This document shows positions 29,913 to 39,806 of a stretch of DNA of 64,000 nucleotides, one piece after another; the stretch's first letter is position 1, and every line of letters starts with the position of its first letter. Under the pieces are notes generated by a model, which searched no databases, was not told the origin of the DNA, and saw only the letters and a program-made list of their open reading frames with translations. Both the position numbers and the translations under genes were made by a program. Source of the stretch: Mantamonas sphyraenae STR306 (Eukaryota; Protista; CRuMs); assembly GCA_026936335.1 (NCBI GenBank), contig JAPMXV010000070.1, positions 62,001 to 126,000 on the forward strand, written 5' to 3'.

Positions 29913-32900
29913 CTATTGCTGTTGCTCCCACCCGCGCCCCACCCACCCCACAATCCTCCCCATCACCTCATCCGGCACTGTCCACCACTCACATGTGGCC
30001 TCGTACCCATCCATCCCGCCACACCCAAACATCACCTCCCGCTCCTCCATGTTCATCGCCAGCCCGGTCTCCAGCGCCTCGTCCAACCCGTCGCTCCCCA
30101 CCAACCAATGCACCGCCTCTCTCCACACCCCACTCGCCCGTGCCCCTCTCACGGCATCGTTTGTCCTCCGTGCACCCAGTTCCCGTGCCACACGCACCAC
30201 CTCGTCGCCTTCCTCCCCCATCCACGCGCCAATCTCCAACACCGTCTTCCCACCCAACCCGCCCCGCGTGTCAATGTCCATCCCCATCGCCACCATCTGC
30301 CGCACCGCTTCCACATTGCCCTCCTTGGCCACACGGCGCAATTTCTCTGCCATTTTCCTGTTTCGCTTCATCGTCCCTGTCACGTTCCCAGCACGACACA
30401 CCCGCCAGTTGTTTTCGTCAATCTCCACATCCCGCATCCCATCCACAAACAACTCTTCAAACTGCGCCCACGGTCCCATCACCAAACCTTGCCGCAACAC
30501 CGCCTCCACGTCGTCTGGCACCGCCACTCCGGTCAAGTCCAACACTCGCAATGGACACCCGTCTCGCATCACCTCTTCCTTCAGAAAAGACAGTCCAATT
30601 TCCCCAATCACAGCCCAGTTCAGTCTCAGATAGCGCACTTGCGAAGCAAATACTCGCACCGCGTCTGCAGGCTGCACATGCACACCTCTCAGTACCATGC
30701 ACTCCACCATTCCCGGACGCCTTTGCATGCTCTCCACCAGCTCGCTCAAGTCCGAATCTAGTTTCTCACTGTCCAGATTGAGAACCCCAATCGGCACCGT
30801 GGCCACATCCACCGCTTTTGCTGCCATCGCCACACACACCGCCTCCTCTCCCAGTGCGACACCACTCACATCTGCACCTGCCTCCACCAGCGCCAATCCT
30901 ACACGCTCACGAGCCTCCGGACCTCCCACCCATCTGTTCACCGATTTCCACAAATTGAGCATCCCCGGATCAGCGCGGACATCCGCCCCACGTGCCACCA
31001 TTGTCTCCACCACCTCTGCCATCCCTCGCTCGATCGCCTGGCCCAACAAGGATGGGTCGCTGACGTCTGCTCCTGCATCCAACAACAACAGAGCAATCTC
31101 CGAAAACTGATGATCAATGGCATAGGCCAGCACACTGACCCCAATGCCCAGGATCACGTCACACGCGTTTGCACCCAGTTCCAACAGCACACGCACAGAA
31201 TCCACATGTCCTCGAACCACAGCACATCCCAGGGCTGTGCGCCCGCCTTCATCGAGAGCGTGCATGGATGCACCCGCCGCACACAGTACACGCACACATT
31301 CGGAATGCCCAAAGGTTGCCGCTGCCATAAGCGGCGTGTGATTCCCGAGTGCATGTACGCAGTCTGGATTCGCCCCGGCCTCGAGCAAAATCTGCACGCA
31401 TTGTTCGCTCCCTGATGCAGCCGCCTCAAACAGAGCTGTGGAGCCGTTGCCTGTCACCTCGTTCACATCCACTCCCGTCTCCAGAAGCATACGCACCACT
31501 TCTGTGCTTCCATTCTTTGACCCACGCGACAGCATTGTCTGCTTGTTAAACAGGGCGTTTGGATTTGCTCCCGCCTGCAGCAGCATGCTCACAATCTCCA
31601 CGTGGTCTTTGAAGACTGCTCCCCACAAAGGCGTCCACCCGTCGATTCCTGTGGCGTTCACATCAGCCCCGGCTTCAAGCAAAATGCGCACGCATTCAGT
31701 GTGACCTTCCTTCGTAGAATACGCCAGAGCATTGAGCCCGTCGGAATCCTCCGCATTCACGTCCACTCCTGCCTCCACAAGCTGCTTGACACACGCCGCA
31801 TGGCCACTCAACGCCACATGCACCAACGCAGTCCAACCGTCTGCGCATTTCTGCCCCGGATTCGCCCCTGCTGCCAGAAGCAACGCCACACTCTCGTGGC
31901 AACCAGACTGGCACGCATACATCAGCGCCGTTGTCCCTGTGTAGTCCGCCAACAGTGGGTCTGCCCCAGCTTCCAACAGCCGCTTCACCATCCCCACCTC
32001 CCCCAACTCTGCTGCCATGCCCATTCCCAGTCGTTCTTCCCGACTGCGCTGGTCGGCGGGGATCCCAGCCTGCAGCAGCTTCTCCAGACACGCTGAGGAT
32101 CCTGCGGACGCCGCCGACACCATTGCATCCACCGTGTCCGCTTCAGCGTCTAGCAGCAGTTCCACCATCTCCGGGTTGTCCCTCTCCACGGCCAATTGCA
32201 AGGGTGTCTGCCCAAGGGATGTTTCCAGCGTGATGTCTGCACCGGCGTCCAGGACCAACTGCAAACATGTCATGCTTCCAGATCTGACAGCGACAAGCAC
32301 ACACCCAAATGTGCCCTCCACATGTCCAGTGTCCCCTCCTGCCTCCAGTACAAGCTTCAGTGTCCCGTACTCGCCCTGGGAAGCTGCGTGATACACGGCC
32401 TTTCTCAGTGCCTCTTTCCATGTCTGTTCGGACTTTTCCTCTTCCGTTGCTTCTCTCAGCACATCCTCGACCTCGTTGTGTCTCCCTTTCTCTGCTCCCT
32501 GAACCAGGCGCACGTGAGCTGGGTGTGTCCTCTGCCGCCGAGCTCTGCGTGCCGCTCGTTTCTCTGCCCGCGCCTCCTTGGATAGCCGTGGCTCTTCTTC
32601 CTGCTCCTTTGCAACGACGGTTTCTGGGTGTTTGCCTGTCCTCGTCGACGCCTTCCTGCCGCCTCCGAACCGCCCTTCCTTCCGCCCCCCACACCCTTTC
32701 GTCACCGTCAGCCACTCTGCCACGCGTTCCACACACTTGGTACTCAGATGCACATCCTCTGCAATCAACAGTGTCATCTCCACAGCCATGTCCTCCTCGT
32801 CTCCCACCGCAAAGTGCACACTCCGTTCCCACCCCACCACACGTCGTTCCCTCTCTCGTCCGCCTCCATAGCACATCTCCCGCATCCACTCTCTTCCCCT

Positions 32901-33257
32901 CTCTCCCTCCTCCCACACCCGCCAGCCGGTTGCAAGCACTGCACTCCGCGTGTACTCGCGTTCCACACGCGACGTATCCGCCCCAAACTGCACCAGCACC
33001 CACACACACTCGTACTGCTCCTTCTCCACCGCCTGCTCCACTGCACTCTGCCCACCCCCATCCACAGCCTCCACATCTGCCCCATGTCCACACAGCACCC
33101 ATGCCTTGTCTGCACGCCCGCTTGCACACACCACCATCAACCCCGTCCTCCCCGTCTCCTCCTCCTGCTCATTCACATCCACTCCACCCTCCCTCAACGC
33201 CTCTATGACCTTGTCCACGCTGCCCCATCGTCCACACAGTGAGATCACACTCGTCAT
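29913..33257 (-). CDS. Ankyrin-repeat + LRR protein, array copy 2
   Basis: Intact paralog; its stop lies 19 nt upstream of the copy 1 ATG. Confidence 0.88.
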   Translation of the reverse strand: MTSVISLCGRWGSVDKVIEALREGGVDVNEQEEETGRTGLMVVCASGRADKAWVLCGHGADVEAVDGGGQSAVEQAVEKEQYECVWVLVQFGADTSRVEREYTRSAVLATGWRVWEEGERGREWMREMCYGGGRERERRVVGWERSVHFAVGDEEDMAVEMTLLIAEDVHLSTKCVERVAEWLTVTKGCGGRKEGRFGGGRKASTRTGKHPETVVAKEQEEEPRLSKEARAEKRAARRARRQRTHPAHVRLVQGAEKGRHNEVEDVLREATEEEKSEQTWKEALRKAVYHAASQGEYGTLKLVLEAGGDTGHVEGTFGCVLVAVRSGSMTCLQLVLDAGADITLETSLGQTPLQLAVERDNPEMVELLLDAEADTVDAMVSAASAGSSACLEKLLQAGIPADQRSREERLGMGMAAELGEVGMVKRLLEAGADPLLADYTGTTALMYACQSGCHESVALLLAAGANPGQKCADGWTALVHVALSGHAACVKQLVEAGVDVNAEDSDGLNALAYSTKEGHTECVRILLEAGADVNATGIDGWTPLWGAVFKDHVEIVSMLLQAGANPNALFNKQTMLSRGSKNGSTEVVRMLLETGVDVNEVTGNGSTALFEAAASGSEQCVQILLEAGANPDCVHALGNHTPLMAAATFGHSECVRVLCAAGASMHALDEGGRTALGCAVVRGHVDSVRVLLELGANACDVILGIGVSVLAYAIDHQFSEIALLLLDAGADVSDPSLLGQAIERGMAEVVETMVARGADVRADPGMLNLWKSVNRWVGGPEARERVGLALVEAGADVSGVALGEEAVCVAMAAKAVDVATVPIGVLNLDSEKLDSDLSELVESMQRRPGMVECMVLRGVHVQPADAVRVFASQVRYLRLNWAVIGEIGLSFLKEEVMRDGCPLRVLDLTGVAVPDDVEAVLRQGLVMGPWAQFEELFVDGMRDVEIDENNWRVCRAGNVTGTMKRNRKMAEKLRRVAKEGNVEAVRQMVAMGMDIDTRGGLGGKTVLEIGAWMGEEGDEVVRVARELGARRTNDAVRGARASGVWREAVHWLVGSDGLDEALETGLAMNMEEREVMFGCGGMDGYEATCEWWTVPDEVMGRIVGWVGRGWEQQQ

Positions 33258-33276
33258 CCTCGTTCCTCGACAACCT

Positions 33277-36200
33277 CTATTGCTGTTGCTCCCACCCGCG
33301 CCCCACCCACCCCACAATCCTCTCCATCACCTCATCCGGCACTGTCCACCACTCACACGTCGCTTGGTACCCATCCATCCCGCCACACCCAAACATCACC
33401 TCCCGCTCCTCCATGTTCATCGCCAGCCCGGTCTCCAGCGCCTCGTCCAACCCGTCGCTCCCCATCAACCAATGCACCGCCTCTCTCCACACCCCACTCG
33501 CCCGTGCCCTTCTCACGGCATCGGCTGACCTCTGTGCACCCAGCTCCCGTGCCGCACGCACCACCTCGTCGCCCTCCTCCCCCATCCACGCGCCAATCTC
33601 CACAACCGTCCGATGCCGTCCCCCACCCCGCGTGTCAATGTCCATCCCCAACGCCACGATCTCCCGCACCGCTTCCACATTGCCCTCCTTGGCCACACGG
33701 CGCAATTTCTCTGCCATTTTCCTGTTTCGCTTCATCGTCCCTGTCACGTTCCCAGCACGACACACCCGCCAGTTGTTTTCGTCAATCTCCACATCCCGCA
33801 TCCCATCCACCCACAACTCTTCAAACTGCGCCCACGGTCCCATCCCCAAACCTTGCCGCAAGACAGCCTCCACGTCGTCTGGCACCGCCACTCCGGTCAA
33901 GTCCAACACTCGCAATGGACACCCGTCTCGCATCACCTCTTCCTTCAGAAAAGACAGTCCGATTTCCCCAATCACAGCCCAGTTCAGACTCAGCTGGCGC
34001 ACTTGCGAAGCAAACACCCGCACCGCCTCCGAAGGCTGCACATGCACACCTCTGAGTGCCATGCACACCACCATTCCCGGACGCCTTTGCATGCTCTCCA
34101 CCAGTTCGCTCAGGTCCAAGTCTGCATGCCCCCTGCCCAGATTGAGGACCCCAATCGGTACCGTTGCCACATCCACCGCCACAGCTGCCATCGTAACCCC
34201 CATCCGCTCGTCTCCCAACTCCATGCCACTCACATCTGCACCTGCCTCCACCAGCACCAATCCTACACGCTCACGAGCCTCCGGACCTCCCACCCATCTT
34301 TTCGGCGATTTCCACACATCGAGCATGCCCGGATCAGCGCGGACATCCGCCCCACCTGCCACCATTTTCTCCACCACCTCTGCCATCCCTCGCTCGATCG
34401 CCTGGCCCAACAAAGATGGGTCACTGACGTCTGCTCCTGCATCCAACAACAACAGAGCAATCTCCGAAAACTGATGATCGATGGCATAGGCCAGCACACT
34501 GACCCCAATGCCCAGGATCACGTCACACGCGTTTGCACCCAGTTCCAACAGCGCACGCACACAATCCACATGTCCTCGAACCACAGCCACTCCCAGGGCT
34601 GTGCTTCCGTCTTTGTCGACAGCGTGCATGGATGCACCCGCCGCACCCAGTACACGCACACATTCGGAATGCCCATACGATGCCGCTGCCATAAGCGGCG
34701 TGTGATTCCCAAGTGCATGTGCGCAGTTTGGATTCGCCCCGGCCTCGAGCAAAATCTGCACGCATTGTTCGCTCCCTGATGCAGCCGCCTCAAACAGAGC
34801 TGTGGAGCCGTTGCCTGTCACCTCGTTCACATCCACTCCAGTCTCCAGAAGCATACGCACCACTTCTGTGCTTCCATTCTTTGACCCACGCGACAGCATT
34901 GTCTGCTTGTTAAACAGGGCGTTTGGATTTGCTCCCGCCTGCAGCAGCATGCTCACAATCTCCACGTGGTCTTTGAAGACTGCTCCCCACAAAGGCGTCC
35001 TTCCGTCGATTCCTGTGGCGTTCACATCAGCCCCGGCTTCAAGCAGAATGCGCACGCATTCAGTGTGACCTTCCTTCGTAGAATACGCCAGAGCATTGAG
35101 CCCGTCGGAATCTTCCGCATTCACGTCCACGCCTGCCTCCACAAGCTGCTTGACACACGCCGCATGGCCACTCAACGCCACATGCACCAACGCAGTCCAA
35201 CCGTCTGCGCATTTCTGCCCCGGATTCGCCCCTGCTGCCAGAAGCAACGCCACACTCTCGCGGCAACCAGAAATGCATGCGTACTTGAGTGCTGTCATCC
35301 CATTGCAGTCTCCCAACGATGCGTCTGCCCCAGCTTCCAACAGCCGCTTCACCATCCCCGCCTTCTTCAACTTTGATGCCGTGCACAGAGCGAGGTGTCC
35401 ATCCATGGACAGCTGATCGGCGGGGATCCCTGCTTGCAGCAGGTTCTCCAGACACGCTGAGGATCCTGTGAACACCGCCGACACCATTGCATCCCCCCGT
35501 TTCGCTCCAGCCTGTAACAGCAGTTCCACCATCTCCGGGTTGTCCCTCTGCACAGCCAATTGCAAGCGTGTGCTCGTGGGGTCTGCACCGGCTTCCAGGA
35601 GCAACTCCACACACGCCACGGATCCAGATCTGACGGCAGCAGTCACACACCCTCCTGATGTGCCCGCCACATGTCCAATCTCCCCTCCTGCCTCCAGTAC
35701 AAGCTTCAGTGTCCCGTACTCGCCCTGGGAAGCTGCGTGATACACAGCCTTTCTCAGTGCCTCTTTCCATGTCGTTTCGGACTTTTCCTCTTCCGTTGCT
35801 CCTCTGAGCAGCTGCACGACCTCTTGGTAACTCCCGTTCTCTGCTCCCTGCGCCAGGCGCACGTGAGCTGGGTGTTTCCTCCTCTGCCGAGCTCTGCGTG
35901 CCGCTCGTTTCTCTGCCCGCGCCTCCTTGGATAGCCGTGGCTCTTCTTCCTGCACCTTTGCACCGACGGTTTCTGGGTGTTTGCCTGTCCTCGTCGACGC
36001 CTTCCTGCCGCCTCCAAACCGCCCTTCCTTCCGCCTCCCAGACCCTTTCGTCACCGTCAGCCACTCTGCCACGCGTTCCACACACTTGGTACTCAGCTGC
36101 ACATCCTCTGCAATCAACAGTGTCATCTCCACAGCCATGTCCTCCTCGTCTCCCACCGCAAAGTGCACACTCCGTTCCCACCCCACCACACGTCGTTCCC

Positions 36201-36606
36201 TCTCTCGTCCGCCTCCATAGCACATCTCCCGCATCCACTGCCTTCCCCTCTCTCCCTCCTCCCACACCCGCCACCCTGTTGCAAGCACTGCACTCCGCGT
36301 GTACTCGCGTTCCACACGCGACGTATCCGCCCCAAACTGCACCAGCACCCACACACACTCGTACTGCTCCTTCTCCACCGCCTGCTTCACTGCACTCTTC
36401 CCACTCCCATCCACAGCCTCCACATCTGCCCCATGTCCACACAGCACCCATGCCTTGTCTGCACGCCCGCTTGCACACGCCACCATCAACCCCGTCCTCC
36501 CCGTCTCCTCCTCCTTCTCATTCACATCCACTCCACCCTCCTTCAACGCCTCTACAACCTTGTCCACGCTGCCCCATCGTCCACACAGTGAGATCACACT
36601 CGTCAT
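33277..36606 (-). CDS. Ankyrin-repeat + LRR protein, array copy 3
   Basis: Intact paralog with the same architecture. Confidence 0.88.
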   Translation of the reverse strand: MTSVISLCGRWGSVDKVVEALKEGGVDVNEKEEETGRTGLMVACASGRADKAWVLCGHGADVEAVDGSGKSAVKQAVEKEQYECVWVLVQFGADTSRVEREYTRSAVLATGWRVWEEGERGRQWMREMCYGGGRERERRVVGWERSVHFAVGDEEDMAVEMTLLIAEDVQLSTKCVERVAEWLTVTKGSGRRKEGRFGGGRKASTRTGKHPETVGAKVQEEEPRLSKEARAEKRAARRARQRRKHPAHVRLAQGAENGSYQEVVQLLRGATEEEKSETTWKEALRKAVYHAASQGEYGTLKLVLEAGGEIGHVAGTSGGCVTAAVRSGSVACVELLLEAGADPTSTRLQLAVQRDNPEMVELLLQAGAKRGDAMVSAVFTGSSACLENLLQAGIPADQLSMDGHLALCTASKLKKAGMVKRLLEAGADASLGDCNGMTALKYACISGCRESVALLLAAGANPGQKCADGWTALVHVALSGHAACVKQLVEAGVDVNAEDSDGLNALAYSTKEGHTECVRILLEAGADVNATGIDGRTPLWGAVFKDHVEIVSMLLQAGANPNALFNKQTMLSRGSKNGSTEVVRMLLETGVDVNEVTGNGSTALFEAAASGSEQCVQILLEAGANPNCAHALGNHTPLMAAASYGHSECVRVLGAAGASMHAVDKDGSTALGVAVVRGHVDCVRALLELGANACDVILGIGVSVLAYAIDHQFSEIALLLLDAGADVSDPSLLGQAIERGMAEVVEKMVAGGADVRADPGMLDVWKSPKRWVGGPEARERVGLVLVEAGADVSGMELGDERMGVTMAAVAVDVATVPIGVLNLGRGHADLDLSELVESMQRRPGMVVCMALRGVHVQPSEAVRVFASQVRQLSLNWAVIGEIGLSFLKEEVMRDGCPLRVLDLTGVAVPDDVEAVLRQGLGMGPWAQFEELWVDGMRDVEIDENNWRVCRAGNVTGTMKRNRKMAEKLRRVAKEGNVEAVREIVALGMDIDTRGGGRHRTVVEIGAWMGEEGDEVVRAARELGAQRSADAVRRARASGVWREAVHWLMGSDGLDEALETGLAMNMEEREVMFGCGGMDGYQATCEWWTVPDEVMERIVGWVGRGWEQQQ

Positions 36607-36625
36607 CCTCGTTCCTCGACAACCT

Positions 36626-39600
36626 CTATTGCTGTTGCTCCCACCCGCGCCCCACCCACCCCACAATCCTCTCCATCACCTCATCCGGCACTGTCCACCA
36701 CTCACACGTCGCCTCGTACCCATCCATCCCGCCACACCCAAACATCACCTCCCGCTCCTCCATGTTCATCGCCAGCCCGGTCTCCAGCGCCTCGTCCAAC
36801 CCGTCGCTCCCCATCAACCAATGCACCGCCTCTCTCCACACACCACTCGCCCGTGCCCCTTCCACAGCATCGGCTGATCTCCGCGCGCCCAGCTCCCGTG
36901 CCACACGCACCACCTCGTCGCCTTCCTCCCCCATCCATGCCCCAAGCTCCACCACCGTCTGCCGACCCATCCCGCCGCGGGTGTCGATGTCCACCCCACA
37001 GGCCACAAGTCCTCGCATCGCTTGTATATCCCGCTTTTTCGCTGATTGCACGAGCCGCTTTGCGCCTTTTCGGTTTCGTTTGACGGTGGGCTTTGCGTTT
37101 TCAGAGAGAGCGGCAAATGGGTTCTCCTCCACGGGCCCGACGTGGCACACGCGCCAGTTGTTTTCATCGACATGGACATCCATCATTGTATGCACACCCA
37201 AAATCTCCAACTGCGCCCAGGGCCCCACAGTCAAGCACTTTCGCAGGACGTCTTGGACATCGTCGGGGATGTCCATGCCTCCCAGATCCAACACGCGTAC
37301 TGGACACCCTTTGCGCATCAACTCGTGTTTCAACGCGTCCCACCCCGGTGTTTCCAGGCGACCCGTGGTCAGGAAGAGTTCCTGGACCTGCGATGCAAAC
37401 ACACCCACCGCCTCGTGCGGACGCAGGTCCACGTTCAACAAGTCCACCCATTCCACCATTCCTGGACGCCTTTTCATGCTGGTCACCAGTTCGCTTGTGT
37501 CCACGATCTCCTTTGTGCGTCTGGTCAGGTGCAGAACACGGATGGGCTCGGTGGCAACGTCCACAGCCATGGCTGCCAGCGACACGCCGTTGTCGAGGTA
37601 GCCCAGGCCTGTGTCACACACACTTGCTCCTGCTTGCACGAGCAACATCCCAAGGTCGCCCACGTCGCCAAAGCGATTGCTCCAATTCAACAACAGGTTG
37701 CCGCCGCAAGCCCTTGCGTCCGCTCCGCGGTCAAGTAGCAGCTGAACGACGTCCACTCGACCTCGTTCCACGGCACGCTCGAGTGCCAAGCAATCCTTGC
37801 TTGCATCGGCGCCTGCATCCAGCAGTATCCGCACGATGTCCAAGGCACTCTCTTGTGGCCGCCCTGCCGCTTCCCCCAACAGGGTCCTGTTGGACGTCGG
37901 CACCGTTTCACACGGGTCAGCCCCCAAATCCAGCAACATCTGAACAGTGTCCGGATGACCGCCCAACACGGCCTCAGCAAGCGGCGACCGCCCAGCCGAG
38001 GACACACCAAGCACAGGTGCACCCCATTCCGCCAGCAAGCGCACGCAATCTGTAAATCCCAATCGTGCAGCCCTCGTCATCGCCGTCTCTCCAACACTTG
38101 GGATGTCGCACTCGGGATCTGCTCCGGCCTCCAGGAGCACTTTGGCACACTCGGACCACCCTTTCGCGACCGCCACGCACAGCGCCGTCGTGCCCATCGC
38201 GTTCTTTCTGTCCACCTCGGCACCCGCTGCGATCAAACACCGTATCGTGTCGCATCTTCCCTTGCCAGCAGCACGCGAGAGAAGGGTGAAGCCTTCCGTT
38301 TGCGCGTTTGCGTCGGCGCCAGCTTTCAACAGCATGTCCACAACCTGCGCGTTGTCGCCTTTGATGGCTGCCATCAGCACCGTCCAACCATTGGATGTTT
38401 GAGCATGCACATTGGCACCGGCGTCCAGAAGTACACGCACACAGCCAACATTCCCGTCCTCTGCCGCGACCATCAGCGCCGTAAACTCGACATCAGCCAT
38501 GATTTCAGGATCGGCGCCGCCCTGAAGGAGGAGGCTCAAGCACTCGGGCGACCCCGTCGATGCCGCAGACAGCAACGGCGTCCAGCCGTCGCGTCCCACA
38601 TTTGGATCTGCCCCTGCAGCCAGTAATTGCGCCACTGCGTCCTCGTCTCCCAGCTCACACGCAACCATCAATGCAGTGAGCCCTTTGGCTTCGACATCCC
38701 CATCGGCAGGCACTCCGGCCTCCAAGAGCAACGACAGACATCCACGCGCGCCCTTTTCCACCGCAAGGGCCAATGCTCCTGTCCCGTCCTCCAGTGAGCA
38801 GTGTCCACCAGCGCCAGCATCCAAAAGCAACCGCACAATGTCGACGTTTCGAGCCGCGATTGCCAGCAACAGCGGCGGCCAGCCGTAGGAGTTGGCCGCG
38901 TTGGCATCCGCCCCCGCAGCGAGAAGAAGGCTCACACATTCCACAGAACCGGATTCGATAGCAACATCCAAACATGTGTGGCCATTTTCAACGTGCTTTG
39001 TGCCTCCGCCAGCGTCCAGCAACATCTGCAACACCGTTGCACACGATCGGGCAGCCGCAAAGAACACACACCTGTTCACCGCCGCGCGTTTGACCTCCGT
39101 CTCACATCCTTCCGCCAGCAGAGTTGCCACTTGCTCTTTGGATCCCATCCGCACAGCCAGAACCATTCGCGCTTCCAGGTCTTGAGTGGAGGTGCGCTTG
39201 ATCTTGCCAAATCTCTTGGCCGTGCCCTTGGTCACCGTCAGCCACTCTGCCACGCGTTCCACACACTTGGTACTCAGATGCACATCCTCTGCAATCAACA
39301 GTGTCATCTCCACAGCCATGTCCTCCTCGTCCCCCACCGCAAAGTGCACACTCCGTTCCCACCCCACCACACGTCGTTCCCTCTCTCGTCCACCTCCATA
39401 GCACATCTCCCGCATCCACTCTCTTCCCCTCTCTCCATTCTCCCACACCCGCCAACCTGTTGCAAGCACTGCACTCCGCGTGTACTCGCGTTCCACACGC
39501 GACGTATCCGCCCCAAACTGCACCAGCACCCACACACACTCGTACTGCTCCTTCTCCACCGCCTGCTCCACTGCACTCTTCCCACCCCCATCCACAGCCT

Positions 39601-39787
39601 CCACATCTGCCCCATGTCCACACAGCACCCATGCCTTGTCTGCACGCCCGCTTGTACACGCCACCATCAACCCCGTCCTCCCCGTCTCCTCCTCCTTCTC
39701 ATTCACATCCACTCCACCCTCCCTCAACGCCTCTACGACCTTGTCCACGCTGCCCCATCGTCCACACAGTGAGAGCAGACTCGTCAT
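36626..39787 (-). CDS. Ankyrin-repeat + LRR protein, array copy 4 (divergent core)
   Basis: N-terminal ~190 aa and C-terminal ~90 aa are near-identical to the other copies; the central ankyrin/LRR region is strongly diverged. Confidence 0.88.
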   Translation of the reverse strand: MTSLLSLCGRWGSVDKVVEALREGGVDVNEKEEETGRTGLMVACTSGRADKAWVLCGHGADVEAVDGGGKSAVEQAVEKEQYECVWVLVQFGADTSRVEREYTRSAVLATGWRVWENGERGREWMREMCYGGGRERERRVVGWERSVHFAVGDEEDMAVEMTLLIAEDVHLSTKCVERVAEWLTVTKGTAKRFGKIKRTSTQDLEARMVLAVRMGSKEQVATLLAEGCETEVKRAAVNRCVFFAAARSCATVLQMLLDAGGGTKHVENGHTCLDVAIESGSVECVSLLLAAGADANAANSYGWPPLLLAIAARNVDIVRLLLDAGAGGHCSLEDGTGALALAVEKGARGCLSLLLEAGVPADGDVEAKGLTALMVACELGDEDAVAQLLAAGADPNVGRDGWTPLLSAASTGSPECLSLLLQGGADPEIMADVEFTALMVAAEDGNVGCVRVLLDAGANVHAQTSNGWTVLMAAIKGDNAQVVDMLLKAGADANAQTEGFTLLSRAAGKGRCDTIRCLIAAGAEVDRKNAMGTTALCVAVAKGWSECAKVLLEAGADPECDIPSVGETAMTRAARLGFTDCVRLLAEWGAPVLGVSSAGRSPLAEAVLGGHPDTVQMLLDLGADPCETVPTSNRTLLGEAAGRPQESALDIVRILLDAGADASKDCLALERAVERGRVDVVQLLLDRGADARACGGNLLLNWSNRFGDVGDLGMLLVQAGASVCDTGLGYLDNGVSLAAMAVDVATEPIRVLHLTRRTKEIVDTSELVTSMKRRPGMVEWVDLLNVDLRPHEAVGVFASQVQELFLTTGRLETPGWDALKHELMRKGCPVRVLDLGGMDIPDDVQDVLRKCLTVGPWAQLEILGVHTMMDVHVDENNWRVCHVGPVEENPFAALSENAKPTVKRNRKGAKRLVQSAKKRDIQAMRGLVACGVDIDTRGGMGRQTVVELGAWMGEEGDEVVRVARELGARRSADAVEGARASGVWREAVHWLMGSDGLDEALETGLAMNMEEREVMFGCGGMDGYEATCEWWTVPDEVMERIVGWVGRGWEQQQ

Positions 39788-39806
39788 CCTCGTTCCTAGA
39801 CAACCT

